64,000 bases of DNA from a virus. The stretch is from positions 20,053-84,052 of the IMG/VR virus record IMGVR_UViG_3300009182_000042; one strand, given 5' to 3'. The stretch's first letter is position 1, and every line of letters begins with the position of its first letter. A program made the position numbers and the translations under genes. The notes beneath the pieces are model-generated. The model was given only the letters and a program-made list of their open reading frames with translations, had not been told where the DNA came from and searched no databases. Below are positions 1 to 12,900 of this stretch, one piece after another.

Positions 1-2
1 CA

Positions 3-887
3 ACCAGCGTGTTAATTACAGGAAACGGATTTGCAGACACCTTTCAAACGGGATATAATCTTGTTCTCAATAACATAACTGCGTTGCCAAGCCCGGGTGC
101 CAACTTGACCATAACTGGAAATACTGGTGTTTATAAAGTTACCAGTGCTACTGCGATTTACGGTACCACTGCTCCAAATTTGGAAGTGAATGTGGCTATC
201 AATCCTGCTCTTAGCATACTTGAAAGTCCTGCGAACGGCACCAATGTGCAAATACGTGTCAAGTACAGTCAGGCAAGATTGACCAATCATGATTTCTTAA
301 ATATTGGATTTGGAGATCTAGTAGAATCAAATTATCCTCTACAGATACCACAACCCGGATATAGCAATTTGCTTAACAATCAAACTATTGAAGCCAACTA
401 TGGTCGTGTGTTCTTTACAAGTACGGATCAAGACGGTAACTTCAAGGTAGGTAACTTGTTTGGTGTACAACAGGCTACTGGTATTATTACATTGAGTGCA
501 AGTCAATTTGGATTGTCAGGATTGAGTAGTTTGTCATTGGGTGGTATTGCATTGGGATCTTCCAGTGTGGTCATTACACAATTCAGTACAGATTCTTCAT
601 TCACATCAAATAGTGATGGTATAATACCAACACAACGAGCAATTAGATCATACTTGTCAAGTCGCTTGAGTCAGGGTGGTGCAAACACATTCACTGGGCA
701 AATAACAGCAGGTACGGTAGTAGTCGGCGGCCCAAATTACATCAGATCTAGCATTCCAGCGGGACAAGCAGGATCTTCGGTAAATGTGCAAAGCAAGATG
801 TATATAAATGCTAATGGAGTAGACGGCAATATAGTAGCCCTACATTACTTCATACGTTGGGGTGCGCATCGCACTTTCACGCAATAA
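3..887 (+). CDS. C-terminal part of a large virion structural/tail-fibre-like protein (5' end outside window)
   Basis: Frame is open from the window edge. The C-terminus (RLTNHDFLNIG...GRVFFTSTDQDGNFKVGNLFGVQQATG...IPTQRAIRSY) is clearly paralogous to the C-terminus of 919..13263. Confidence 0.75.
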   Translation, partial: TSVLITGNGFADTFQTGYNLVLNNITALPSPGANLTITGNTGVYKVTSATAIYGTTAPNLEVNVAINPALSILESPANGTNVQIRVKYSQARLTNHDFLNIGFGDLVESNYPLQIPQPGYSNLLNNQTIEANYGRVFFTSTDQDGNFKVGNLFGVQQATGIITLSASQFGLSGLSSLSLGGIALGSSSVVITQFSTDSSFTSNSDGIIPTQRAIRSYLSSRLSQGGANTFTGQITAGTVVVGGPNYIRSSIPAGQAGSSVNVQSKMYINANGVDGNIVALHYFIRWGAHRTFTQ

Positions 888-895
888 GATAAATA
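888..895 (+). promoter_or_regulatory. T4-like late promoter (GATAAATA)
   Basis: Variant of T4 TATAAATA. The same TAAATA core recurs upstream of most structural genes; followed by AGAGG SD and ATG 919. Confidence 0.6.
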
Positions 896-918
896 TTAAT
901 AGACCAGAGGAATAAAAA

Positions 919-3900
919 ATGGCAGAATATAAATTAGGTAGAATTAAGTTTGTATATCAAGGTACTTGGACAGGTAGCAGTACCTATGTGGTAGACGACG
1001 TGGTTTCGGTCGGCGGAAAAACTTATATTTGTATCGTAAGTAACACATCATCAGCGGTATTTGCAACAGATTTAGCTTCCTCATATTGGAGTTTGGTTGC
1101 AGACGGTACTCGTTGGACTGGTACTTGGGCAAATGCTACTTATTATCAATTAGGCGATCAGGTGTTGTACGGCGGTATTGTTTATCAAGCAACAACAGCT
1201 CACACCAGCGCCACTGCAACAGCCACTTTGACAGCTACTGGATTTACAGTTAGTGGCGGAACTGCCACACTGACTTATGCCAGCCAAGTGGTGCAACCAT
1301 TCCTTGTTGGTGCAACTATTACTCTTGCTGGATTTACTCCAACACAGACTAGTGGTACAGTTAATACCGTCAACACAACATTTACAGTTGTTACTTGTAC
1401 TACAACACAAGTTACATTTGCATTGACTGGCACATACACAGTATCGGTTCTGGGCACTGTGGCAGGAGCAAGCCAATTAGGATTAGAACTTAATCAAGCC
1501 AACTGGACAGCATTTGCCAGTAATATCAATTATCTAAGCACATGGTCTGTCAACACACGATACAAAGTCAACGACCTAGTTACATACGGTGGTTATACAT
1601 ATATTGCTACCACTGCACATGTGTCAGCAAACACAACAGCACTGGGTCTTGAACAAGATCAAGCCAAGTGGTCAACATTTAATCCAGGTCTAAGTTATCA
1701 AGGAGCCTGGAGCGGAAGTAGTGTAAAATATCGTTTGAATGATATTGTAAAATACGGAGCCAGCTTGTTTATTTGTACAACAGCTCACGTGTCAAGTGCA
1801 ACATTTAGTACTAGTAATTTTGCCACATTCGTAAACGGACTTCAATATGTTCCAGGCGGTAGCAATGCATGGTCAAGTGCGACAACATATGTAACTGGTG
1901 ATATTGTCACATACGGTGGTAATTTATATGTTGCTTCACAGATTGCAAGTAATCAAAATCCAACAACTGCAACCACTTATTGGAATTTATACACAGGCGG
2001 ATTCAGTTATCAGGGTGCATGGACTGGAGTAACCAGTTACAAAATCGGCCAGGTAGTAAATCTTGGTGGCTATACATATCTAGCTTTGGCAGACAACACT
2101 CAAAATGTATTGACTTTGACAGGTACAACAGTAACAACAAACATTATTACCTTGAGTGCATCAACAACTGCTTTAGTTGCCAATTTACCAGTTGTATTTG
2201 CATCAACAGTCGGCGGACTCACCGGCAGCCAAACTTATTATGTTATCGGTTCAAGCATTACAGCCAACACATTCCAGGTAGCTTCTATATCCGGTGGTGT
2301 TTCACCGGTAACCTTATCAACTACAACAGGGCAAAGTGTTTCGGTAACAACTCAGCCTCAACCACCATTTGCTACTTACTGGTCTCGTTTGAATTCTGGT
2401 ATAAGATACAATCCCACTACCGGTACATATAATGCCGTATCAGCAACCAATGTGACCGGTACTGGCACTAGTGCAACATTTAACGTTACTGCTAGTAAAA
2501 CAACTTACAGTGTTACCCTTGCAAGCGGCGGCTCAGGTTACAGTTCTACCGGCGGATCAAATACAATTAAAATTGTAGGTACCAGTTTGGGCGGATTGAG
2601 CCCAGCTAACGACATCACCATAACAATTACCGGCCAGTCTTCGGGTGCAATTACAACATTTACTTCTGTAGGCTATGCAGTTACTTGGAGTACAGCAGTT
2701 TCTTATGTGTTAGGCGATGTGGTATATTTTGGATCTAATAGTTATATCTGTGTGTCAGGACACGTGAGTGCATCGGGTAATAAACCAGATGCTGATACTG
2801 TTGGTGCCTATTGGAATTTATTGGCAGCAGGTAACGAATCCGCTGTGTTAACTGTCACAGGCGACTTGTTCTATTATGGTTCTACTGGACCTACACGATT
2901 GCCAATTGGCACTGATGGACAAGTGTTACGTGTGAATTCAAATACTCCAAGTTGGGCTTACTACGGACAAATCAACAATATTGTGTATGTGTCCAGCGCC
3001 ACAGGTGTAGATACATTGGCAACAAGTCAAGGAACAACTTTAGACAAACCTTGGAGAACCATACAGTTTGCTTGCCAGCAGGTAGAAAATGGTTACTTGA
3101 ATTTAAATTTAGGTAATTTGATTCAAATCAACAAGCAGTTCTTGTTGAAAGAAGTTAATAATTTTGTTCTTTACAATTACACATTCAACATCACAGCAAC
3201 AACAACATCAACCAACTTGATAACAGTTGGCGGATCCAGCACAATTGCACAGACCACAACTACTAATTTGTATAGTAACATGCCCGTTGTGTTTAACGTG
3301 ACAGCGGGTGGATTGACTGCTGGTACCACATATTATGTGATTGGGTCCAGCATTACTTCTACACAGTTTCAAGTGGCCACCAACCCCAGCACATCTGGCG
3401 CTCAAACAGCAGTGACTTTATCAACAACCAGCACAGCCAATTTGGGTCAATATGTTTACAGTCAGTCTAAAACTGAAAGAGATACAGGATTTATTGTTGA
3501 CGGAATAATTTTTGATATTACACACACTGGTAATAGCAAGACTATTGCCAATGCATTGACTTATTTCAATAGTGCTGGTACTGGCTATACATCCGGAGTA
3601 TTGGCATATGATATCAGCCCGTTTGTCAAGGCATTGAATTATCTAAGTACCTTGATAACATCAAATGTTGGTGCAAATACTGCTCCTGGTACAAATTATC
3701 AAACCACAATCAGCTCAGCAGTTACAGTAACTGGTGCTAGCGGTACTGGTGCAATAGCAACAATCACATTTTCTGCACAAAGTTATGCTTATAATGTGGG
3801 AAGTCAGATAACAGTAGCCAGCGTCAGTCCAGCTGGATATAATGGAACTTATGTGGTACTAAGCAGTACAACCACAAGTGTCAGTTATGCCAACACCACA

Positions 3901-6900
3901 ACTGCCAGCTATATCAGTGGCGGTACTGTGAACTACACAAGAGCTACTCAGCAAATCAATACTACATACACAGCAGAAGCGGCAGCGTTGACCAGAATTC
4001 CAGTATTAGTTGGATTGGTAACAGCGCCATTGAGTTTAGGAAATACAACTCCAATAACTGGTATCCTTGCAAATGCAACTACAACCATATCAGTTAAAAC
4101 AGGAACTTATAACGAAGTATTACCAATCGTGGTACCGTCATACACAGTGGTGTATGGAGATGAATTGAGATCATCAACTGTACAACCAGCTGTAGCTAAT
4201 ATCACGCTGGCTAACGACAAACCAAAAACTATTGTGGCATTGACTCGTCTACAGACACAACTTGGCAATTTGCTACAAAACACAAGTATAACAGGTTCAA
4301 CAGGTAACACACAATATCTGTCAGTATCAGCTTCAACTGGCGCTGCCAGTGTTGCAACATTGACATTTGCCGCACAAACAACTGCACCATTTAGTGTTGG
4401 TCAGTATATCACAGTGAGTGGTTTTACAAGTTCAGCCGCAGGCTACAACGGCAGTTATGCAGTAACAGCATGCACCACTACAACTGTAAGTTATGCCAAC
4501 GCAACAACAGCTTCAACATCTGGATCGCCTATTGTTAGCGGACAAAATACTCAGTTGTCAGTAGCTGATGTGGGAAGTTCTACAGCAGTTAATACAATCA
4601 ATACATTTACCAGCAGTATCAATAACATGATCTTTAACGGAATTGCACAAGTTCCTGCGATTAGTATTACAACTGTTACTGGATACAATAGTTCATTCTT
4701 ACCAGGCCATAGCACAGGTGTTACACAGATTACCAGCAACTATGGATTTATTAAAGCTGAATTGACAGCATTCATGAATACCAACTATAGTAGTGTCTGG
4801 TCAAGTCTAGGAGTTGCTGGTCAACAAATATATCTATTGCAAATTCAATATATTCTGGACGGTATGCAATATGATATGGCTTACGGTTGTAACAATCAAA
4901 GTATAATTAACGGCAGCTCATACTACAGTTTAAATATTAATCAAATTCCTTTGGTTAATCAGCCAGCATATCTTGCAACGTTCCAAAGATTACAAGCCAT
5001 CGTTGGACAAATTGTACGAGCTCAAAGTGTTGCCGCAACAGCTGGTAACGGTGCGACCCAGACAACAGGTTCAGATGCAGGCGTAGCACCAGCCGCATTT
5101 GCTTCAGCACGTATTGCTGATGTAATTTATTGGTTCACCAACGGTAATGCAAACTCAACAGTTAATACTATTACCGGCAGTATCAGCGGTACTACATTAA
5201 CTGTAAGCTCACAAACTAGTGCAGTTGCACCGGGCACATTACTAACAGGAACTGGTATCAATGGCATGTACATTGTTAACCAAATATCCAGCAGTGCTGG
5301 CGCCCAAGCTGCCACAACATACAGCAGTGGCGGTGGCAATGGTACAAGCACATTTGTTGTTGCCAGCGCAACCGGTATTGCCGCAGGTCAATTTATTACT
5401 GGTACTGGTATTCCAGCAGGAACATATGTGGCTTCAACATATAGTTCCGGTAGTACCACAGTGCCTATTGCAAACTATTTTGGTTCACCGGTAACATTTA
5501 CACTCCAAGCTAGCGGTGCATATTTGTTCTACCCAGCAAATACCGCTGGTACATATACTCTAAGCATTACTGGTGGCACAGGCACAGCATTTACATCATT
5601 GTCAACCTTTACACCAGTCAATAGCGGTGCATACACACTGGTTGGTTCCAATGCATTACAACTTGCCTACACACAATTACAAGCAAGAGCAACAGAGATT
5701 GCTTCGGATACTCAAGTATTTGTTGCAAAATACAATCAACAATACAACATAAGCGCAACATTAACAAGCCGCGATGCGGGATTGATTGTGAACGCCCTAA
5801 GTTTTGATGTGTTGTTTACAACCAACTTTAACACCATTGCAGTTGGCCGTGCATTCAACAGATCAAACACCAGCGCCCAAGCAGTTGTTAATAATGTCAA
5901 CAATCAACTTTATGCAACAACAGCCGCTATAAATTTTATTGGTTTCAAAGCCAAAATGATAGCTGCCGCTGGAGGACAAGTTCAGGCACAGACATTGATT
6001 GATGATATTATCTATAGAATTAATGGCCAAGCAACTACGACCTTGACAACAGCGACAGTTAGTACCAATGTGTTGACAGCATCCAGCACCAGTGCAATGG
6101 CAGTTAACCAACCAGTATCATTCACCAACTTGCCAGCCAATATTAACACAACTGTAACTTCAACGCTGGCAGCATTTGCAGGATCAATTACTGCAACTGC
6201 AACTGTGGCATTGACTGGAGTTGGTACAATTACAAGTAATGGTGGCGGTAGCTTTACGTTTGGTACTGCACAATCAGCAGGTACATTTTATGTGGGACAA
6301 GTACTAACACCAACTGGATCATTGAGCGGTATAACATGGACTGGCTACACAGCCGGTACCAGCTATGTTGTTAGTGTTACCAACGGTACAAGCACTGTTA
6401 CGTTGACCACGGTGACTGGCAACGTGCTGACTGTCACACAAGGTACAGCATCTGGCATCACATTCAACACATATCTGGCCACAATAACCACAACGGGTCT
6501 AGTTATTGGATCTGCAATAGCATTATCAAGTACTGGTTTTGGTGGATTAACCACAGCCACTACATACTATGTTATTGGTTTTGGCCCCACAGCAAGTGCA
6601 TCATGTGCATTGAGTGCAACAGCAGGCGGCAACAGCGTGGCGTTGTCAAATGGTTCTGGCACAATGATTGCACAGACTACTACAAATTTACTAAATCTAA
6701 CTGGTTATGTGGGAACGCTGGGTATCACAGTAGGACAACAATGTTATTTCAGTGGAGGTACCTACGCAGGAATATCTCCTTATCAGTTGTATTACATCGT
6801 CAGTGCAAGCGGAACTGGTATTACTGTAAGTACAACATCGGGTGGCTCATCAGTTACAATAAGCACTGTTTCAAGCGGTAGTATGACACTGACTGTGAAT

Positions 6901-9900
6901 GCCGCTGGCGGAATTTGGGCAAACAATCAGTATTATATCAATACAATACCAAGCTCTACCACATTCACTATTACCAATAGTTACAAGAGCGGTACAGCCT
7001 ATACAATCACCAACACAGCCAGCAGTATGACTGCCACGGCAACATTTGGTCCTACTGCTACTGTGTTGTATTACAACAGTCCTATGATACATGGTAGTGT
7101 AACGTACAATGGCACACTGACCACAGTCAATGCCGCTGAGATTATTCGTGCCAACGTTGGATTTTTAAGTGCAGAAGCAACTGCATATGTGGCTGCCAGT
7201 TATGGCGGTTCAATTTCAAGCACAGCCGCAACAACAAACTTGATAACAACTTCGGGCAATCACAACTTTACAGTTGGTGATCCTGTACAATTTAGTGGAA
7301 GTGTAGTTGGCGGGCTTAGTGCGGCAACAACTTATTATGTGTTGACTGTAAACAGCAACACAACATTCACAGTGTCGTTGACTCAAGTAAGCCAAGGTAC
7401 ACAAACGGCAGTGGCGCTAACAAATACAAGTAGTGCGTTCACTGTAACTTATTTTAACACAGCACAAAGTTATATCACTTCATTCTTAAATGGAATGATC
7501 TACGACTTGCAATATACTGGAAACAGTAGAAGTTTGAGAGCTGTAGAGCTCTACAACAATGCTGTTGGTAGCTCCACTATCAGTAACATGTTCTTGGTAC
7601 GTAATGGATCTGGACTTCGAAACATGACTTTGTCAGGTATTACAGGTACCTTGAGTGCGGCAAATGCCTATGGTACAAAACGTCCAACAGGCGGTGCTTA
7701 TACAAGCCTTGATCCAGGCTTTGGACCTAACGATACCAGTGTTCAAATATTGACACGCAGTACCTATGTACAAAATTGTACCATGTTTGGTTATGCCTGC
7801 GTGGGTGCAAAAGTTGACGGAGCACTGCATAGTGCGGGCAATAAGTCTATTGTTTCTAACGATTATACTTGCGTTATCGGTGATGGTATTGGTTGGTGGA
7901 ATACTGGCACTGGGTCTCTAGCAGAACTTGTTTCAGTTTTTAACTACTACAGCTATTCAGGCTATCTAGCTGAGCTAGGTGGACGCATCCGTGCTACAAA
8001 CGGTAACAGTTCTTATGGCACATACGGTGTGCTTGCCGAAGGTACTGACACATTTGAAACTCCAATATATGCCAATTTAAATAACAGAGCGGCTGCCGCC
8101 ACGATAACCACTGTGGTAACTGACAGCACTACACAGATTCTACGATTTGAATATGGTAATGCCGGTATCAACTATACAAATTCTGTTCCTACAGTTAACG
8201 GATCTGGTTACAACGCAGTGGCTTTCCAAGATGAATTCCGTGATGCCGCAGTATTTGAAACAAGATTGATTGATCCAAACAACACAGGATTAACTGGCGG
8301 AACAAGTTATGTGTCAGCAGTTAATGTGGGACAAACCAACGCCAACGGCGTGGGTTATCAACTGATTGCGGCTGCCGACACTGCACTAACTGGCGGGTAT
8401 AATGGCATGAAGGTACAGATAACAGCTGGTACTGGTGTTGGACAAGTTGCTAATATTTTGGCTTTCAACAATGCCAGCAAATATGCACAAATTATTCGTC
8501 CAACATTTGCTACACTACCAGTGACAGCAAGTACAAATGCAACTGCCGCATCCAGCAGTAGTGCTTTCATAGCAACATATGCAGGAAGATATCCAACGCT
8601 GGTAGCACCTGTCATGGGATCAGGCTCTTATGTGGCCGGTATGTATCTAACTAGTAGCGGTACAGTCACAGCTGGTACATATATCACAGCAATCAACACT
8701 GGATCAATCACTAGTGCATCAATAGCCAGTTCAACATTTAGTTCAACTGGATCAATTGGCGCAAGTATTACCGGTGCTGGTACAGCAGCCAATCCATGGA
8801 TAGCAACCATCACAGGTATGAGTAGCACCAGCAGTTTTGTAGTTGGTGCCCAGATCACTGCTACAAATGGTACAGGTACATTATACGGTAGCACTCCAAC
8901 CAGTGTAATTGTAGCAAGTGTTCCAAGCACAACCAGTATCACATACAGCGTGATCGGCGGCACAATTCCCACAACAGGAACTGTTACCAACATTCAACAG
9001 ACCATGTTGTCAGGCTCTGCATTTGCCAACTTGTTACCAGGTATGGTACTAAGTGGTGGTAGTGTGATTGCTAGTTATGTTGCAGGACAGGTAACAGCTA
9101 CTGGAACTGCACTGGCTACTGCCACAATGACTGGAACTATCAGTACAAACACATTGACTCTAGCAACATTCACAGTTGGCTCAATTTACACAGTACAAGT
9201 TGGGCAATATGTTGCTCAAATTAGCGGAATACCAGCGGGCACATACATAACCGCAGTGAACCCAGCAACTGGAGTGATAACAATTAACACAACATTGTAT
9301 GGTGCAGTCAGTGGTAGCAACAGTACTTACACCGCAGGTGGTGCAGGCACATATGCATTAACAGCTAACAGCTTTACAACAGTTACCGGCGCACCAACAA
9401 CAGGTACTCAATATTTGTTGAATACTGCGCAGACTCAGATAGCCGCTACTGTTACAGGCACACAGAACACATTAACTGTGGCCAGCAACGCATCGTTGTA
9501 TAACACAATGCCGTTGTATCTTGGTACAGCAGTTGCACCGTTGAGTGGTGTTGCTATTTCGGCAACTGGAGCAATTTCATTTACCTCAACTACAACAGCA
9601 CTACCAGCTAATACTCAAGTGGTTATTTCTGGTGCTAACGTTGGAACAGGCATAGTGGCGACAGGAACATTCTTTGTGGCTGCAAGCCCATCGCCAACAA
9701 CAACTGGTGTAACATTATTAACTGCACTTTCTGGTGGTACAACTATCAGTACAACAGCAGGTACAGTGGTAACTAGCGGTAACTTATCCAGTGTCAATAT
9801 TGGTTCAAGTGGTAACTTGACATTTACAGCATTAGGCGCGGCACTACCAGCAGGAACACCAGTTGTAATTAGTGGATCAAACGGTGGTGGTGGTACAATT

Positions 9901-12900
9901 GCCAACGGTACATACTATGTTGCTGTGACACCAACACCAACTTCAAGTGCAATAACATTGGTTACCACAAGCGGCGGCTCAACAAGCCCAACCACAACAT
10001 CTGGTACTCCAAGCGGTTTGACATTTGCGTTTAGTTTGGTTAATCCATTGACATTCACCTACACATTAACAGCACCGTTTGGATTATCTTCGTTTAGTGT
10101 GTACTACGTGAACGGCATCACCAACTCAAATGGCGCTGCCAGCACAACATTTAGTGTGACAACTACTGCATCTGGAACATCTCCAGTGGCAGTAAATTCT
10201 ATTACAGGACAAAACGTGTCGCTGTATGCGGCTGGATGGGACCATGTGGTTCCAGGTAGTGTTATCAATAACACTACTGATTTGACATCAGCATACATTA
10301 TAGAACCATCAATCAGCTATACAGGTCCAGGTTACACAGGCGTAGCAAGATCATTGGCAACCAGTGCCAGTTATGTGGGCGTTGCTTACGGTTCTGGAAA
10401 CTATGTTGCTGTATCAACGGGCGCTACCACTACACAATATAGCACAACTGGTCGTGCATGGGCCAACGGCGGCGCATTACCAAGTGCAACATCTTGGAAT
10501 GCTGTAACATATGGCGGAGGCCAAGGCGCACAAGCCACAGTTACAGTTGGTGGTTTTGGCGGAAGCGGTGCAGTATTAACAGCAGTTGTGGTGGGCGGCC
10601 AAGTAACAGGCATTACTATTGTCAACGGTGGCTTCAACTATAACACAGTTCCAACAATCACCATTACTCCAGTCAGCGGAGGATCAGGTGCTTCGGCAAT
10701 CTGTACAGTTCTAAATGGTACTATCACTACAGCTACCATGGTTATTAATGGTTCTGGTTATGCTAGTGGTGCTACAGTTGCAGTGGTTACCAGTGCAGTT
10801 TCCGCAGTTACCACTGTCACACGAGGACAAAATTACGGATACAACAGCACAACTCCATCTGTTACATTAAGTGCTCCATTTAGCGGCACAGTATGGAGCA
10901 GTGGTGGTAGTGGCACAAGTGGTAGTTACTACTATTTTGTGAATACTGGTGTAACTCCTAACGTAACCAACTACTATCAGGCCACAAGTACAGGTACATT
11001 TACCACAAGCGGCCCAACACATACCACCGGTACAGTGGCCAACAACACAGTAAACTTGTTGTATGTGGGTACACAAGCCACAGTAACACCTACATTAACC
11101 AATAATGGTATCAGCAGTTATACAGTAACCGTAGCTGGATTTGGATATTCAACTGTTCCTACAATTACTATTGCAGATTTGTCAGCAAGATTTGTGGCAA
11201 TCAGCACAACAACAGCTGGTGCAAACGTGGCACCTACTGGAGTAGCAGGCGCATGGAATTCTATGACATTGCCAAGTGCAGGTTATAATGCAATTGCATA
11301 TGGTCTAGGACAATATGTTGTAGTAGGCGGTACAGCCGGTGCAGGTATTATAGCAAGCAGTAGCGATGGTATCAACTTCAATGCACGAACTGTTCCAGCA
11401 GGTGCATCAGCTCAGTATTTTAGTGCTGTGGCATACGGTTCTACAGGAACAGGCGCATCTGGTAACACGTCAACTGGATTGTTTGTAGCCATACCTTTGT
11501 ATGGTAACACACCTGTTACAAGTACAAACGGTACCACATGGGCGATTCCACAAACCGCAGGCGGATCCAATGTGACTTTGCCGGCTTCACTGGCATGGAG
11601 CGGGATTGCATATGGTAATGGTCGTTTTGTAGCAATTGCCAGCAATAGTTCTAGCATAGCTTACAGTCTTAACGGTGGCGGCGCTTGGAACTTGTCCACT
11701 GTTGCTGGAGGTTCTGGACTGCCAGGTGTTTACAGTTGGTCAAGTATTGCTTATGGTGAAGGTCAATTTGTGGCCATAGCCGCAAACAGTGCTGTAAGTG
11801 CTACCAGCTGGGACGGTATCAACTGGACTATACAGACATTACCAGCAACACAAAACTGGAGCAGTGTGGCATTTGGTAACCCACTGGCCGCAACTATCGG
11901 ATATAACCCGCTGTTTGTAGCAGTTGCAAATACTGCTGGAACATCTGCGGCTGTGATACATACTGGCGCAACGCCACAAGGCCGTGTCAAAGTAACTAGC
12001 AATGCAGTTAGTGAAATACGTGTGATTGAGCCAGGAAGTGGATTTGCAAAAGGTATTGTTACTGCAACAACCGCAACCACAAACGTTATCACAGCTGATA
12101 ATATTGAAAACTTGTCAGCAAATCAACCAGTTGAGTTTAATACAGTAAGTGCAGGTGGGTTGGCTTTACAAACAACTTACTATGTGATTGGTTCCAGTAT
12201 TACAACAACCTCAGCACCAGCCGGCACGTTCCAAGTGGCTACCACATCGGGTGGCACAGTACCAGTGACATTGACAACCACTTCACCAACCGGTATGACA
12301 TACACAACTGGTCCTATAGTTACTATTACTGATCCAAACCGTATTAATGCGGCATTGGTCAGAGTGCGTACAGGTGATGGAGTGCTTGGTAACCCTAGCT
12401 TTCCTAACAGAGGTGCTGCCAATGCAACTGCAACAGCAAACACAGTAGGTGACGGATATAGCGACATCTATCAGACCAGCACATTTATCAACATAAGCAA
12501 TTTGTATACTTTACCAACTGCTGGTGCAAACGTGCAATTTGCATCAATATCAAATGTTTGGTACAAATTGGTTGCAGTGACAAACTTGTTGGGTATTCCA
12601 GGCAACTACACAGCCACATTCCAGATAAATCCAGGACTTAGCGTGTATCTTGCTCCTACCACTGGTAATTTGATTACCACAAGATTGAAATACAGTCAGG
12701 TTCGCTTGACTGGACATGATTTCTTATATATCGGTACTGGAAACCAGACACAGACAAATTATCCGTATGTCAATGTAAGTAGTGCAGTTTCTGCCAATCA
12801 AACATTGGGCAGTGTGGGTGGCCGTGTGTTCTTTACAAGTACAGACCAGGACGGCAACTTCAACGTTGGAAACTTGTTTGGAGTACAGCAATCAACAGGT